From assembly GCA_942491525.1 (NCBI GenBank), contig CALOBW010000055.1, positions 328,106 to 392,105 on the forward strand: a stretch of 64,000 nt of DNA, written 5' to 3'. The first letter of the stretch is position 1, and each line of letters starts with the position of its first letter. This DNA is from an uncultured Thermodesulfobacteriota bacterium (lineage in GTDB: Bacteria; Desulfobacterota; Desulfomonilia; UBA1062). The translations under genes were made by a program, and so were the position numbers. Positions 18,541 to 26,739 of the stretch are shown piece by piece. The notes below the pieces were generated by a model. It had not been told where the DNA came from and did no database searches. It saw nothing but the letters and a program-made list of their open reading frames with translations.

Positions 18541-19458
18541 ATGGATATTGTTGGACATCAGGATCAGTTAAAACTTCTTAAGGGTTATATCGAGGCCGAG
18601 CGCGTGCCGCATGCCTTCCTGTTTGCCGGCATAGCCGGTCTCGGCAAGAGCAAGGTTGCACGGGAGTTTTTCCGTTCATTGAACTGCCGGCGTACTCCGG
18701 GCGATCCCTGCGGCAGCTGCAGCAGCTGCGTTAAGGCTGAAGCTGGCAACCATCCTGACTACATCCACTTTGAGCCGCCATCCAGCGGCAAGCAGATTGA
18801 CGTGCTGCGTGGCGTGCTGGCTGATATCCGGCTTAAGCCTTTTGAGGCGGCCCGGCGGGTGGTTGTGATTGAGCCGACTGAGGGGTTGAATAAGTCCAGT
18901 GCCAATGCGCTGCTTAAAGCGCTGGAAGAGCCGCCCGAGGCGACCATCTTTATCCTGGTGTCGCATAAGCCGAATCTGCTGCTGCCGACCATCATCTCGC
19001 GTTGTCAGCAGGTGCGCTTTGCTCCGCTGGAGGCTGGCGGTTATCACTCCGCCTCGGTGGATCCGCAGCTGCTGCGTTTGACCTCGGGGACGATTGGCGA
19101 GCTTGCGGCAGGTGATCAGGCTGAGATCTTGCGTTTCCGTCAGGGGGTGCTTGATATTCTGCGCGGCGGAGATCCGGTTGCTCTGGCCGCGTCAATCACG
19201 TCCAATGACAAGGAGAGTGTGCCGCTCTGGATTTCGGTTGTGGAATCGGTGCTGCGGGATGTCCTGCTCTACTTTGCCGGTGGTGATAAGCTGGTAAATG
19301 TTGAGATCGCCGATATTGAATTGCGGCACCTGCCCTCAAGTGAGCTTGATGAGATGGCGGATGCCATTCGTCGGCTGCGTCGGGGGGTGCAGGAGAATCT
19401 CAATCTGAAGGTGGCTTTCAGCGAGATATTCATGCTCATGGGTCGTCTGGCGGCCTGA
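18541..19458 (+). CDS. holB: DNA polymerase III delta-prime subunit
   Basis: MDIVGHQDQLKLLKGYI..., Walker-like GIAGLGKSKVAREF, and the Zn module CRRTPGDPCGSCSSC. The start was moved to ATG 18541. Confidence 0.8.
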   Translation: MDIVGHQDQLKLLKGYIEAERVPHAFLFAGIAGLGKSKVAREFFRSLNCRRTPGDPCGSCSSCVKAEAGNHPDYIHFEPPSSGKQIDVLRGVLADIRLKPFEAARRVVVIEPTEGLNKSSANALLKALEEPPEATIFILVSHKPNLLLPTIISRCQQVRFAPLEAGGYHSASVDPQLLRLTSGTIGELAAGDQAEILRFRQGVLDILRGGDPVALAASITSNDKESVPLWISVVESVLRDVLLYFAGGDKLVNVEIADIELRHLPSSELDEMADAIRRLRRGVQENLNLKVAFSEIFMLMGRLAA

Positions 19459-19577
19459 TTGTGTAGGCTTGCTCGCTTTTTAATTGTAATTTTGTTTTAG
19501 AATTGGATTTGGAATCCGGCTCAGTCAGTCTGGGGCATGCTTTGTGGTGAAGTATGTGTGTCTTTTGAGGTCGGCGC

Positions 19578-19607
19578 TGGTAAAAATAATCGTAAATTTT
19601 GGTAAAA
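19578..19607 (+). promoter_or_regulatory. Candidate enhancer (UAS): two TGGTAAAA direct repeats 22 bp apart, about 75-100 bp upstream of the sigma-54 promoter
   Basis: TGGTAAAA at 19578-19585 and 19600-19607. The position fits a bEBP binding site. Confidence 0.3.
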
Positions 19608-19679
19608 TAGTTCCTTTCTCTCTTTCCTGATGATCGTCTGCTAATATCTAACTGACTGAATTCATGGGTAAGGCTGTTT

Positions 19680-19695
19680 TGGCACGTAGATTGCT
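19680..19695 (+). promoter_or_regulatory. Sigma-54 promoter (near-perfect consensus) upstream of lipoprotein gene 1
   Basis: TGGCACG-TAGA-TTGCT matches the TGGCACG-N4-TTGCW consensus. It sits about 310 nt upstream of the ATG at 20008. Confidence 0.6.
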
Positions 19696-19768
19696 CATCT
19701 CTGCTGTAATTAGTTTGATGGCGTGGGCCTGTTTTTGGTTCTTGGACGCCGTATGAGAGGGTGGTTTG

Positions 19769-19810
19769 TTTGTAAATGAATTTATAATTTATTTACAAAT
19801 ATTTACAAAT
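19769..19810 (+). repeat. Operator-like repeats: inverted repeat TTTGTAAAT-N13-ATTTACAAA plus tandem direct repeat ATTTACAAAT x2
   Basis: Seen directly in the sequence, immediately upstream of a TTGACA box (19814). Confidence 0.5.
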
Positions 19811-19813
19811 GTC

Positions 19814-19842
19814 TTGACAATGAAATAAAATTTCATAAATAT
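19814..19842 (+). promoter_or_regulatory. Possible sigma-70-type promoter (TTGACA-N17-AAATAT / TAAATA)
   Basis: The -35 hexamer is perfect and the -10 is weak. The region is AT-rich. Confidence 0.25.
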
Positions 19843-19930
19843 GTAAAGATATAAATGAACCCTGTCGATAATTTGAATGTCGATCAGTAATTGATTGATA
19901 GTCAAGCATTGAACTTGATTTGGCAGTAAG

Positions 19931-19971
19931 CATCTTCACTGGGGTTTGTCCCGAAATGGGTAGTGAAGATG
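19931..19971 (+). promoter_or_regulatory. Leader hairpin: 10-bp perfect stem (CATCTTCACT / AGTGAAGATG) with a 21-nt loop, followed by a U-rich stretch, about 20 nt before the RBS of lipoprotein gene 1
   Basis: Seen in the sequence. It could act as an attenuator or a protein/RNA binding site. Confidence 0.4.
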
Positions 19972-20007
19972 ATGGTTTTATAAAAATTATTTGGAGGAAT
20001 TATAATT

Positions 20008-20997
20008 ATGAATTTTTCAAAGGTGGAGATTTTTAAGAAAGTATTAGTTTTAATGGTTATGTCTGTATTGGCTCTTGGTTTGGGTGGTTGTCCTAATGGT
20101 TCTGATTCAGGCGATGTTCCCTATGTTCCTGGTCAGACTGAACAGAAGTCCTATGAGCCCAATCAGATTGGTGGTGCTGCTGCTGTTGCCGGTCTAATGG
20201 AATCTGCTGCTCCTGCTCCGGCGACCAAGAATATTAGTGCTGAAGTTGATGCGTTGACTGCTGCTATTAACACTCTTGTGGATGTTGTTCTGCCGACTAT
20301 TGGTGCTTCAGATATCCCCTCAATTCAGGATATTCTTGATGCCATTTATTTTGATGGTGTTACTGAATCAGCGTTTGAACTGTATGTAGCCATCATGGCT
20401 GAAATTAGTGATTTTGTAAGTGGTACTTATGAGGGTGGTGAGCCTGCTCTTAAAATGAACCTTGAGGCAATGGCAGCAGATCCTACCATTGATTGGCAGG
20501 GATTCCCTTATGTGAGTGATGGACTTGAGCTGTCCAAGATGATTTTGGAAATTGACAAGGATATTGATCCCGAAGCTTCTACTATTGATAATGTAAATGT
20601 TGTTCTTGGAAGAGCAGAGCTGGTAAGGCAGTTTGCATCAAATATTCAGGCTGATCAGGTAAAGTGGGCTAGAGATTTCTTGATTGACGGTGATAATCCT
20701 ATTCTCAATAAGCAGGATAATCCGGTGGCATACAACATTGCCTTGAATGTACTGAATGCTACAGGAGCAGGTCTTGAGCTTTCGCATGAGCAGGCACAGC
20801 TGTTCTCTGAGAATCTGGCAGACTGTGTAGATGCTTTGACTGATCCTGCTGGTCCGAGATATGGTGATTTTGCCAGGTCTTTCAAGAAGCTGGTGAAGGA
20901 TATTGTGGTTGGTGGCCAGCTTGAGATGGTTAAGATTGTTCTGTATGCTTTGACTGGCAATGCAGAGGTTTTGGAAATTGCATTTACGCGAGCATAA
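20008..20997 (+). CDS. Acidic lipoprotein, paralog 1 of island family (329 aa)
   Basis: RBS GGAGGA, signal peptide and lipobox LGLGGC. GC is low with T-ending codons. It shares a block with paralog 2 (IQDILDAIYFDGVTESAFELYVAIMAEI versus VQAMLDGAFYADGVDVDSEIFLASSAAMEI). Confidence 0.7.
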   Translation: MNFSKVEIFKKVLVLMVMSVLALGLGGCPNGSDSGDVPYVPGQTEQKSYEPNQIGGAAAVAGLMESAAPAPATKNISAEVDALTAAINTLVDVVLPTIGASDIPSIQDILDAIYFDGVTESAFELYVAIMAEISDFVSGTYEGGEPALKMNLEAMAADPTIDWQGFPYVSDGLELSKMILEIDKDIDPEASTIDNVNVVLGRAELVRQFASNIQADQVKWARDFLIDGDNPILNKQDNPVAYNIALNVLNATGAGLELSHEQAQLFSENLADCVDALTDPAGPRYGDFARSFKKLVKDIVVGGQLEMVKIVLYALTGNAEVLEIAFTRA

Positions 20998-21016
20998 TTT
21001 TCTTATTGATTAGGTG

Positions 21017-21047
21017 AAGGGGCGTCCATTGGGCGCCCTTTTTTTGT
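21017..21047 (+). terminator. Rho-independent terminator after lipoprotein gene 1
   Basis: AGGGGCG-tccattggg-CGCCCTT hairpin followed by T7. Confidence 0.7.
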
Positions 21048-21152
21048 CCTTTGGAAAAGAATTTCCCCATCCCCATGTCTAAAAGATTTCCGTTGTAGTT
21101 GTCTGGTCGTGTCGATCTCTTGTTAGTATATGATTTTATTCACTATATATCT

Positions 21153-21168
21153 AGGCATGTATATTGCT
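21153..21168 (+). promoter_or_regulatory. Sigma-54-like promoter upstream of lipoprotein gene 2
   Basis: aGGCATG-TATA-TTGCT has correct GG/GC spacing but two mismatches in the -24 box. Confidence 0.3.
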
Positions 21169-21277
21169 ATTTAATCGCCGTTGGTAAATGTTTGCTGCCA
21201 ATTCGCGGATTTTTTAGGAATTGACGCCTGTTGGGCGAGAAAAAGTTTTGAATACAAGTCTTAAGGAGGACTCATCA

Positions 21278-23026
21278 ATGAAAAGGTTTAAGTCTTCGAT
21301 TTTGCTGCTGGCAATGATCGCTGCCGTGGGCATGTTGAGCGGCTGCAGTAAGGATGATGACGATGTCATGGCGAGCTATCTGGTTGCGGCCGGGGTTGAG
21401 GCATCGAAGGAGGCTACCTCAGAGGAGATGACTTTTGCTGCCGCTGTTGCCTTGGCTGTAGAGGGTAACTATGATGAGTTGGCCAAACTGATCGTTATTA
21501 CCGATATCCCGGGTTCAATTGAAAGGTTTGACGAGCACAATATTGCCACTGTGCGCGAAATCTTTGAGACCGGCGTTGAAGATCCCGGTGCCCGGACGGT
21601 TCTGCTGCAGACGCTGGATGTGGTTGACGAATTTAAGGGTGCCAACAGTGACATTGTGCAAGCGATGCTTGACGGTGCATTCTATGCCGATGGCGTTGAT
21701 GTCGACTCAGAGATATTCTTGGCATCTAGTGCCGCCATGGAAATAATGAATGGTGACTTGTCAAGTCTTAATGAGGAGTCTCTCAGTCAGACTTTTAGTT
21801 TTGTGGAAATCTTTTTCCGTGCTGCGGAAGCCGGCAGCCAGGAGCAGATGAAGATTGCCAAGCAGGTTATCTGCAAGTTTGCGCCCATTGATCCCAATAG
21901 ATACTCTCTGCTTGATAAGCTTTTTGACGTCGCTGCCAAGGGGCAGAAGATCTACTTTGATGGAGCCCGCAAGGGGATGGAAGAGTTTGTTCTAATCTTT
22001 GACTTTATGGCTAAGCAGTATGAAATGAAGCATTCTACCTATGAAACCATGATTGCCTCCCCCCAGGAGTATCTGAAGCATAATGGTGTACCCTCCATGC
22101 CGGGATATGCTACCTTGGATTCCAAGGATCACCTGCAGTTTGAGTATGGTGCCAGCAGCAATCTGTTGACTGTGTTCCGTAGGGTTGAAGGTCAGCCTGA
22201 TCGTCATATCTTTGTTGATGGTTTCAATCGAGTTCCAATGTTTGCGGAGCTTGATCCGATTTGTGTAGACGCTGTTGGTGGTCAGGTTTTGTCAGGTGTC
22301 GCAGCAGACGAGCTTGTTTTTAAGATAAGAAAAACCAATAATTATGAAGAATTTTTCGAGACAGTCAAAAAGAATGTGCGCGATCCCCAGACTAATACGA
22401 TTATTGGTACAGTGCCTGTCACTCTCAGTGATGTAGAGGTTGTTTCTGAATATGGCAGTGGTCTTAGCGGTGGCTCTGAGTATGTAATGGCTGAGCCGAT
22501 TGTGTTCTGGGACCCGGTTTATGTTAGAGGTCTGGTTGAGCATATGTACTGCTTTGCTGTCTATTGCCATTCACCCGGCCTTGAGATTGCTGAACTGATG
22601 CTGGAGCTGGTTTTCCCTGCTGGCCCTCTGCGGGATGGAATGTTTGGACTTGTTGAGACGGTTGGCGGTACTCTCCAGAATATGGGTGTTGATACGGCCC
22701 CGCGCCAGACTGTGCCCGATGAAGAGTCTGATGATTCCGAGGGTGCTGATGGAGCAGAGAAAGCAGTTAAGCTGGGAGAGCCGACTGAGGTAACCAATGT
22801 GATCGTTGATGGTATCGTGAAAGGTATTGAAGATGATTACATGGATTTCTGTGAAAACGGCCTTGATCTGGCAACTGCCTGGATTTTCTTTGAGAGTATG
22901 TTTACCAATGATGATCTGAAGGAGTTTGATTTCTTTGGTGATATTGGTGGAAGCATCCAGGATGTGCTGCCTGATATTAAAACATGGATTGAAGCCATTG
23001 TGGGTGCGGCAGAGGCTTCGGAGTAG
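21278..23026 (+). CDS. Acidic lipoprotein, paralog 2 of island family (582 aa)
   Basis: RBS AAGGAGGA and start MKRFKSS, with lipobox MLSGC. GC is low. It shares a domain with paralog 1. Confidence 0.7.
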   Translation: MKRFKSSILLLAMIAAVGMLSGCSKDDDDVMASYLVAAGVEASKEATSEEMTFAAAVALAVEGNYDELAKLIVITDIPGSIERFDEHNIATVREIFETGVEDPGARTVLLQTLDVVDEFKGANSDIVQAMLDGAFYADGVDVDSEIFLASSAAMEIMNGDLSSLNEESLSQTFSFVEIFFRAAEAGSQEQMKIAKQVICKFAPIDPNRYSLLDKLFDVAAKGQKIYFDGARKGMEEFVLIFDFMAKQYEMKHSTYETMIASPQEYLKHNGVPSMPGYATLDSKDHLQFEYGASSNLLTVFRRVEGQPDRHIFVDGFNRVPMFAELDPICVDAVGGQVLSGVAADELVFKIRKTNNYEEFFETVKKNVRDPQTNTIIGTVPVTLSDVEVVSEYGSGLSGGSEYVMAEPIVFWDPVYVRGLVEHMYCFAVYCHSPGLEIAELMLELVFPAGPLRDGMFGLVETVGGTLQNMGVDTAPRQTVPDEESDDSEGADGAEKAVKLGEPTEVTNVIVDGIVKGIEDDYMDFCENGLDLATAWIFFESMFTNDDLKEFDFFGDIGGSIQDVLPDIKTWIEAIVGAAEASE

Positions 23027-23035
23027 TTAATGTAA

Positions 23036-23085
23036 GGGCGCCCAACGGGCGCCCTCATAATAATCGGGGAGAGGGCTTTTTTTTT
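23036..23085 (+). terminator. Terminator after lipoprotein gene 2 (two alternative hairpins)
   Basis: Palindromic GGGCGCCC-AAC-GGGCGCCC overlaps a GCCCTC...GAGGGC stem that is followed by T9. Confidence 0.6.
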
Positions 23086-23162
23086 ATTTTATTCCGGAAT
23101 CATATTCATTTTTCGAAGCTATCTTGTTAGTCTCATCCCCATGTTAAACTATGGAGGGATTT

Positions 23163-24239
23163 ATGTTTAAGAGGTATCATTTTTCTGTACTGGTTATTCT
23201 GTTGGGTCTGCTGGCCGGCTGTTCCGGATCTGAAAGTTCGGATGATCTGGCTTTGGCCGTGCTGCTGGCTTCGCAGGATAGAGCCATCGGGGCCAGTGCC
23301 AAGGATATGGCGGTTGCCAGCACCTTTGCTGCAGCTCTTGAGAGTAAGAAGGCTGTTAAGGGTGTAGAGCCGGGCACGATTGATTTTGCGACCTGGGGCG
23401 ATGAGATGTTGGGTGATATCCTGGAAGTTGCCGATGCACCGGATGGTGCGGTGGCTGCTGCGATTGCTCTTTCTGAAAAGATTACCCAGGCCCAGATTGA
23501 TATGGCTGATCAGATTCTGAGTGGCATGGCCAAGACCCCCGAGGCACAGCAGCTGGTTGATGAACTCATGGCGCTGGTGAACTCCGGAGTTGATAACAGA
23601 ATTCAGTTGGCTGCGGATTTGACCACTTACTTTAATGATCTCTCCGGTGTCAGTGCCGATCTAGACCTTGGCGGCAACGATCTGGGCGTGGCCGCTCTGC
23701 TGACCTCGGTTAAGGAAATTTTTGTAGCTGATCAGAACTTTGATCTGGCGGCTTTTACCGCCAGGATGGAAATTGAAATTCCGGCCATGGTTACGGACAT
23801 CAACAATATGAATCTGGATCTGGCTGAAGATATTCTGATGTTCTGCGTGCGTGATGAGCAGGGACGTGATCTTACGTTGGCGTTGCTGGATGTTGCCCGA
23901 GCCGGTTGTCAGGTTGATAATGAGTTTTCTGCTGCAACGGTTGTCTATGTGTTTGCTGCCGGCACAATAATTAAGGATATTGCTGTTCAGCCCTCAGGGG
24001 CGGATGTTTCTGTGCAGGTTGAAGCGCTGGTTGTTCTGACCAACGAGTATGCCCGCACAGTCAGTGACCGCAATATGGCTCTGGCCAGAATCATCATGGT
24101 AGGCACTATTCGTGCTTTTACGAATAACCAGGAGCTGATCACTGCTACCGAGGAGTTTATGGAGTTTGTTGATCTGCATCGTCAGATCCCGCATGACGTT
24201 GCCAGCCGTATCATTAATGAGATGGTCGGTAAGAAATAG
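23163..24239 (+). CDS. Acidic lipoprotein, paralog 3 of island family (about 358 aa)
   Basis: RBS GGAGGG and start MFKRYHFSVLVILLGLLAGCSGSESSDD. The lipobox and N-terminal region are nearly identical to paralog 4. Confidence 0.7.
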   Translation: MFKRYHFSVLVILLGLLAGCSGSESSDDLALAVLLASQDRAIGASAKDMAVASTFAAALESKKAVKGVEPGTIDFATWGDEMLGDILEVADAPDGAVAAAIALSEKITQAQIDMADQILSGMAKTPEAQQLVDELMALVNSGVDNRIQLAADLTTYFNDLSGVSADLDLGGNDLGVAALLTSVKEIFVADQNFDLAAFTARMEIEIPAMVTDINNMNLDLAEDILMFCVRDEQGRDLTLALLDVARAGCQVDNEFSAATVVYVFAAGTIIKDIAVQPSGADVSVQVEALVVLTNEYARTVSDRNMALARIIMVGTIRAFTNNQELITATEEFMEFVDLHRQIPHDVASRIINEMVGKK

Positions 24240-24249
24240 ATGACCTCAG

Positions 24250-24275
24250 GGGGCGCTTCAGCGCCCCTAGTTTAA
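24250..24275 (+). terminator. Terminator-like hairpin after lipoprotein gene 3
   Basis: GGGGCGC-ttca-GCGCCCC with a weak U-tract. Confidence 0.4.
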
Positions 24276-24322
24276 AGATTTGTTAAAGTTTAAATTTTTG
24301 TAATGAATTTTAGTTCATTTTC

Positions 24323-24338
24323 TGGCATCTGCATTGCA
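24323..24338 (+). promoter_or_regulatory. Sigma-54 promoter upstream of lipoprotein gene 4
   Basis: TGGCAT-CTGCA-TTGCA has one mismatch to TGGCAC-N5-TTGCA. It sits about 280 nt upstream of ATG 24619 and is preceded by the inverted repeat AATGAA-N6-TTCATT. Confidence 0.5.
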
Positions 24339-24618
24339 AATATGCTAGTGTAGTTTATATTGAGTCATTGTTGTTGTGGCGCTCAGTCATCGCGCTGCAT
24401 GTTGTAAAGTAGGAGGCATCAGAGATAACAGCTTGTTTTTGCAGCTCTATGTGATTGTTATTTATTGTGGGTGGTCTAGTCGCTGTCAATTTAAGTCAAG
24501 CCTGTCTCAGGATAGCTCTCTGTTGGCTAAAGTGTAAAATAGTGTAAAAATGCCACTGATCTGTGTCATGGGCGCACGGCGGGAGGCAGGATGTTTAATT
24601 CATTTATGGAGGAAAATT

Positions 24619-25665
24619 ATGTCTAAGAGGAACCTGGGGATTAAGGTGATTATGGTGGCCCTGCTGGGCTTGATGGTGGGCTGTTCGGGCAGCGAGAGTT
24701 CAGATGATTGGGCTACTACGGCTGCGTTGCTGGCGGCGCAGGAATCCAAGTCCAATATTCCGGCCAGTGTTGAGGATATGGAGTTGGGTGATGCCGCCCT
24801 GGATAGTGCCCAGAGCGGTGATGGTGCGATTTTGTTGGGTTTCCTGGCTTCGCGCGAAATCAACTCAGCCAATGTTGAAATGGCCCGCCAGATTCTGGAA
24901 GGTCTCATTCCGGATGGATTGGCTCAGGAGAAGGCCCTCGAGCTTTTGGCATTCGTGGATGAGTGCATCGAGAAGGAGACCGATCTGGTTGAGGGGATCT
25001 TTGATAGTATTCTCGGTGGAGTAGCGCTTGGTGGTGATACAAAGTCTCTTGATGCCGCAATCTTGGTCCGCAAGCTTGGCGAAGGCAGTGGTATCGACAG
25101 TGAGTTTGAGTTGCCGGAAAGACTGAGTGGGCTGAGTGAGGCCGTTAATGATTTTATCGATAAAGTTGAGGGTTTCAAGCTTTCGGGAGACGGATCTCTC
25201 GATGATGATGCCGTCGACAGCGTAATTGATCTGGCCTATGTTTTGGGACTGGTCTCCCAGATAGAGAAGGGTCAGCGGGATTTGGCCTGGGATATTCTTG
25301 ACGGCGTTCTGCCTGAAGGCCCGGTGCGCGATTTTGCCAAGGCGACGCTGGATGTTGCTGAATATGGTCTGGAGAGTGTTGATATTCCTCTCGCATGGGA
25401 ATTGGCTGCGCATATTGAGAATTGTTTCAAATATGCGCAGGAGGGTGACGCAGCGAAGCTGGCCGGTGAGATGAATATGATGGCCGACAAGATTATGGGC
25501 CGCAATGCCGAGTTGGCGCGGGTTATTTTGCTGCTGCTGGCTCCTGATGAGATAGATCCCGTGATTGTCGAGTTCATGAAGTTTGTTGACGGCAGTATTG
25601 ATGCGTCGACCGGTTTTGCGCAGCAGATAATTGATAAGTTGGCTGAGGCCAATGCACCTAAATAA
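24619..25665 (+). CDS. Acidic lipoprotein, paralog 4 of island family (348 aa)
   Basis: RBS GGAGGA and start MSKRNLGIKVIMVALLGLMVGCSGSESSDD, paralogous to gene 3. Confidence 0.7.
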   Translation: MSKRNLGIKVIMVALLGLMVGCSGSESSDDWATTAALLAAQESKSNIPASVEDMELGDAALDSAQSGDGAILLGFLASREINSANVEMARQILEGLIPDGLAQEKALELLAFVDECIEKETDLVEGIFDSILGGVALGGDTKSLDAAILVRKLGEGSGIDSEFELPERLSGLSEAVNDFIDKVEGFKLSGDGSLDDDAVDSVIDLAYVLGLVSQIEKGQRDLAWDILDGVLPEGPVRDFAKATLDVAEYGLESVDIPLAWELAAHIENCFKYAQEGDAAKLAGEMNMMADKIMGRNAELARVILLLLAPDEIDPVIVEFMKFVDGSIDASTGFAQQIIDKLAEANAPK

Positions 25666-25686
25666 GAAGAAGTAAAATCATAAGCA

Positions 25687-25718
25687 AAAGGCGCCCAACC
25701 GGGCGCCTTTTCTTTTTC
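25687..25718 (+). terminator. Rho-independent terminator after lipoprotein gene 4
   Basis: AAAGGCGCCC-aacc-GGGCGCCTTT followed by a T-run. Confidence 0.7.
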
Positions 25719-25742
25719 AGTCCGCATCCCTACATTTAACTC

Positions 25743-26678
25743 ATGAACGATATGCTGGACCGCGATGAGGTCATGTCTCACAGGCTGCACAATCTGTTGC
25801 ACACCCTGCTGCTGCTGGGCGGCATGCTCGGCCTGTTGGGCTTGCTGGGTTATCTCTTCGCCGGTCCTGCGGGTTTTGGCTGGGCTCTGCTGTTGAGCTT
25901 CGGCATCATGCTCTTCACGCCGCGCATCTCGCCTGCGCTGATGCAGCGCATCTATCGCGGGCAGGAGCTCGATCTGCGCAGTGCGCCGGGGCTCTACCGG
26001 ATGGTGCATGAGCTGGCCGGCCGGGCAAATTTAAGCGCTATGCCGGGCCTCTTCTATATTCCGAGCCGCAGCATGAACGCCTTTGCCCTTGGACGGAATG
26101 GCGCATCCGCCATCGGCGTGACCGACGGTCTGCTGCGTGGCCTCAACTCGCGCGAGCTGGCCGCCACCCTGGCCCATGAGATCTCGCACATCCGCTACGG
26201 CGATACCCGGGTCATGGCGCTGGCCGATATTCTGAGCCGCGTCACCAATGCCCTCTCCCTGCTCGGCCAGCTGCTGCTCTTGATCAATCTGCCGTTGCTC
26301 CTGACCGGTCATGTGGTTGTGCCCTGGTCGGTGGTTCTGCTGCTGCTTGGGGCCCCCTATCTGAGCTCCATGATGCAGCTGGCCCTGTCGCGTACCCGTG
26401 AGTTCAACGCCGACCTGGGCGCTGCCGGTCTGACCGGCGATCCCAAGGCTCTGGTCAGCGCTCTGCATAAGCTGGACAGCCCGCCCGGTTCTGTGCTGAT
26501 GCGTATCTTCAGGCCGCAACGCAGTCAGCTCTCCATCCTGCGCACGCACCCGGCAATTGAGGAGCGCATACGCCGCCTTGAAGCCCTGAGTGTCAAGGCG
26601 CAGCCCGCCCTTGCGCCCGGGGTTCTGTTGCAGGCCCTGCCGCAGGTCGTTCAGCGTCGCCGCCCGTGGTGGCACTGA
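25743..26678 (+). CDS. htpX: Protease HtpX (M48 family zinc metalloprotease)
   Basis: HEISHIRYGD (HExxH), four TM helices and a C-terminal ...REFNADLGAA... region typical of HtpX. Confidence 0.85.
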   Translation: MNDMLDRDEVMSHRLHNLLHTLLLLGGMLGLLGLLGYLFAGPAGFGWALLLSFGIMLFTPRISPALMQRIYRGQELDLRSAPGLYRMVHELAGRANLSAMPGLFYIPSRSMNAFALGRNGASAIGVTDGLLRGLNSRELAATLAHEISHIRYGDTRVMALADILSRVTNALSLLGQLLLLINLPLLLTGHVVVPWSVVLLLLGAPYLSSMMQLALSRTREFNADLGAAGLTGDPKALVSALHKLDSPPGSVLMRIFRPQRSQLSILRTHPAIEERIRRLEALSVKAQPALAPGVLLQALPQVVQRRRPWWH

Positions 26679-26739
26679 TTTGTTTCCTCCCGTAAAGAGT
26701 TTCTGCTATAGTCGCGCCAGCAAGATTTAGGAGACAAAA

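Noticed and set aside
21182..21196. TGG-N-TTGC element upstream of lipoprotein gene 2
   Set aside because: The GG to GC spacing is 10, not 11. The neighbouring element at 21153-21168 has the correct spacing.
25666..25742. Possible sigma-32 promoter for htpX (CCCTACATTT as a -10-like box)
   Set aside because: No convincing CTTGAAA -35 element at the right spacing.
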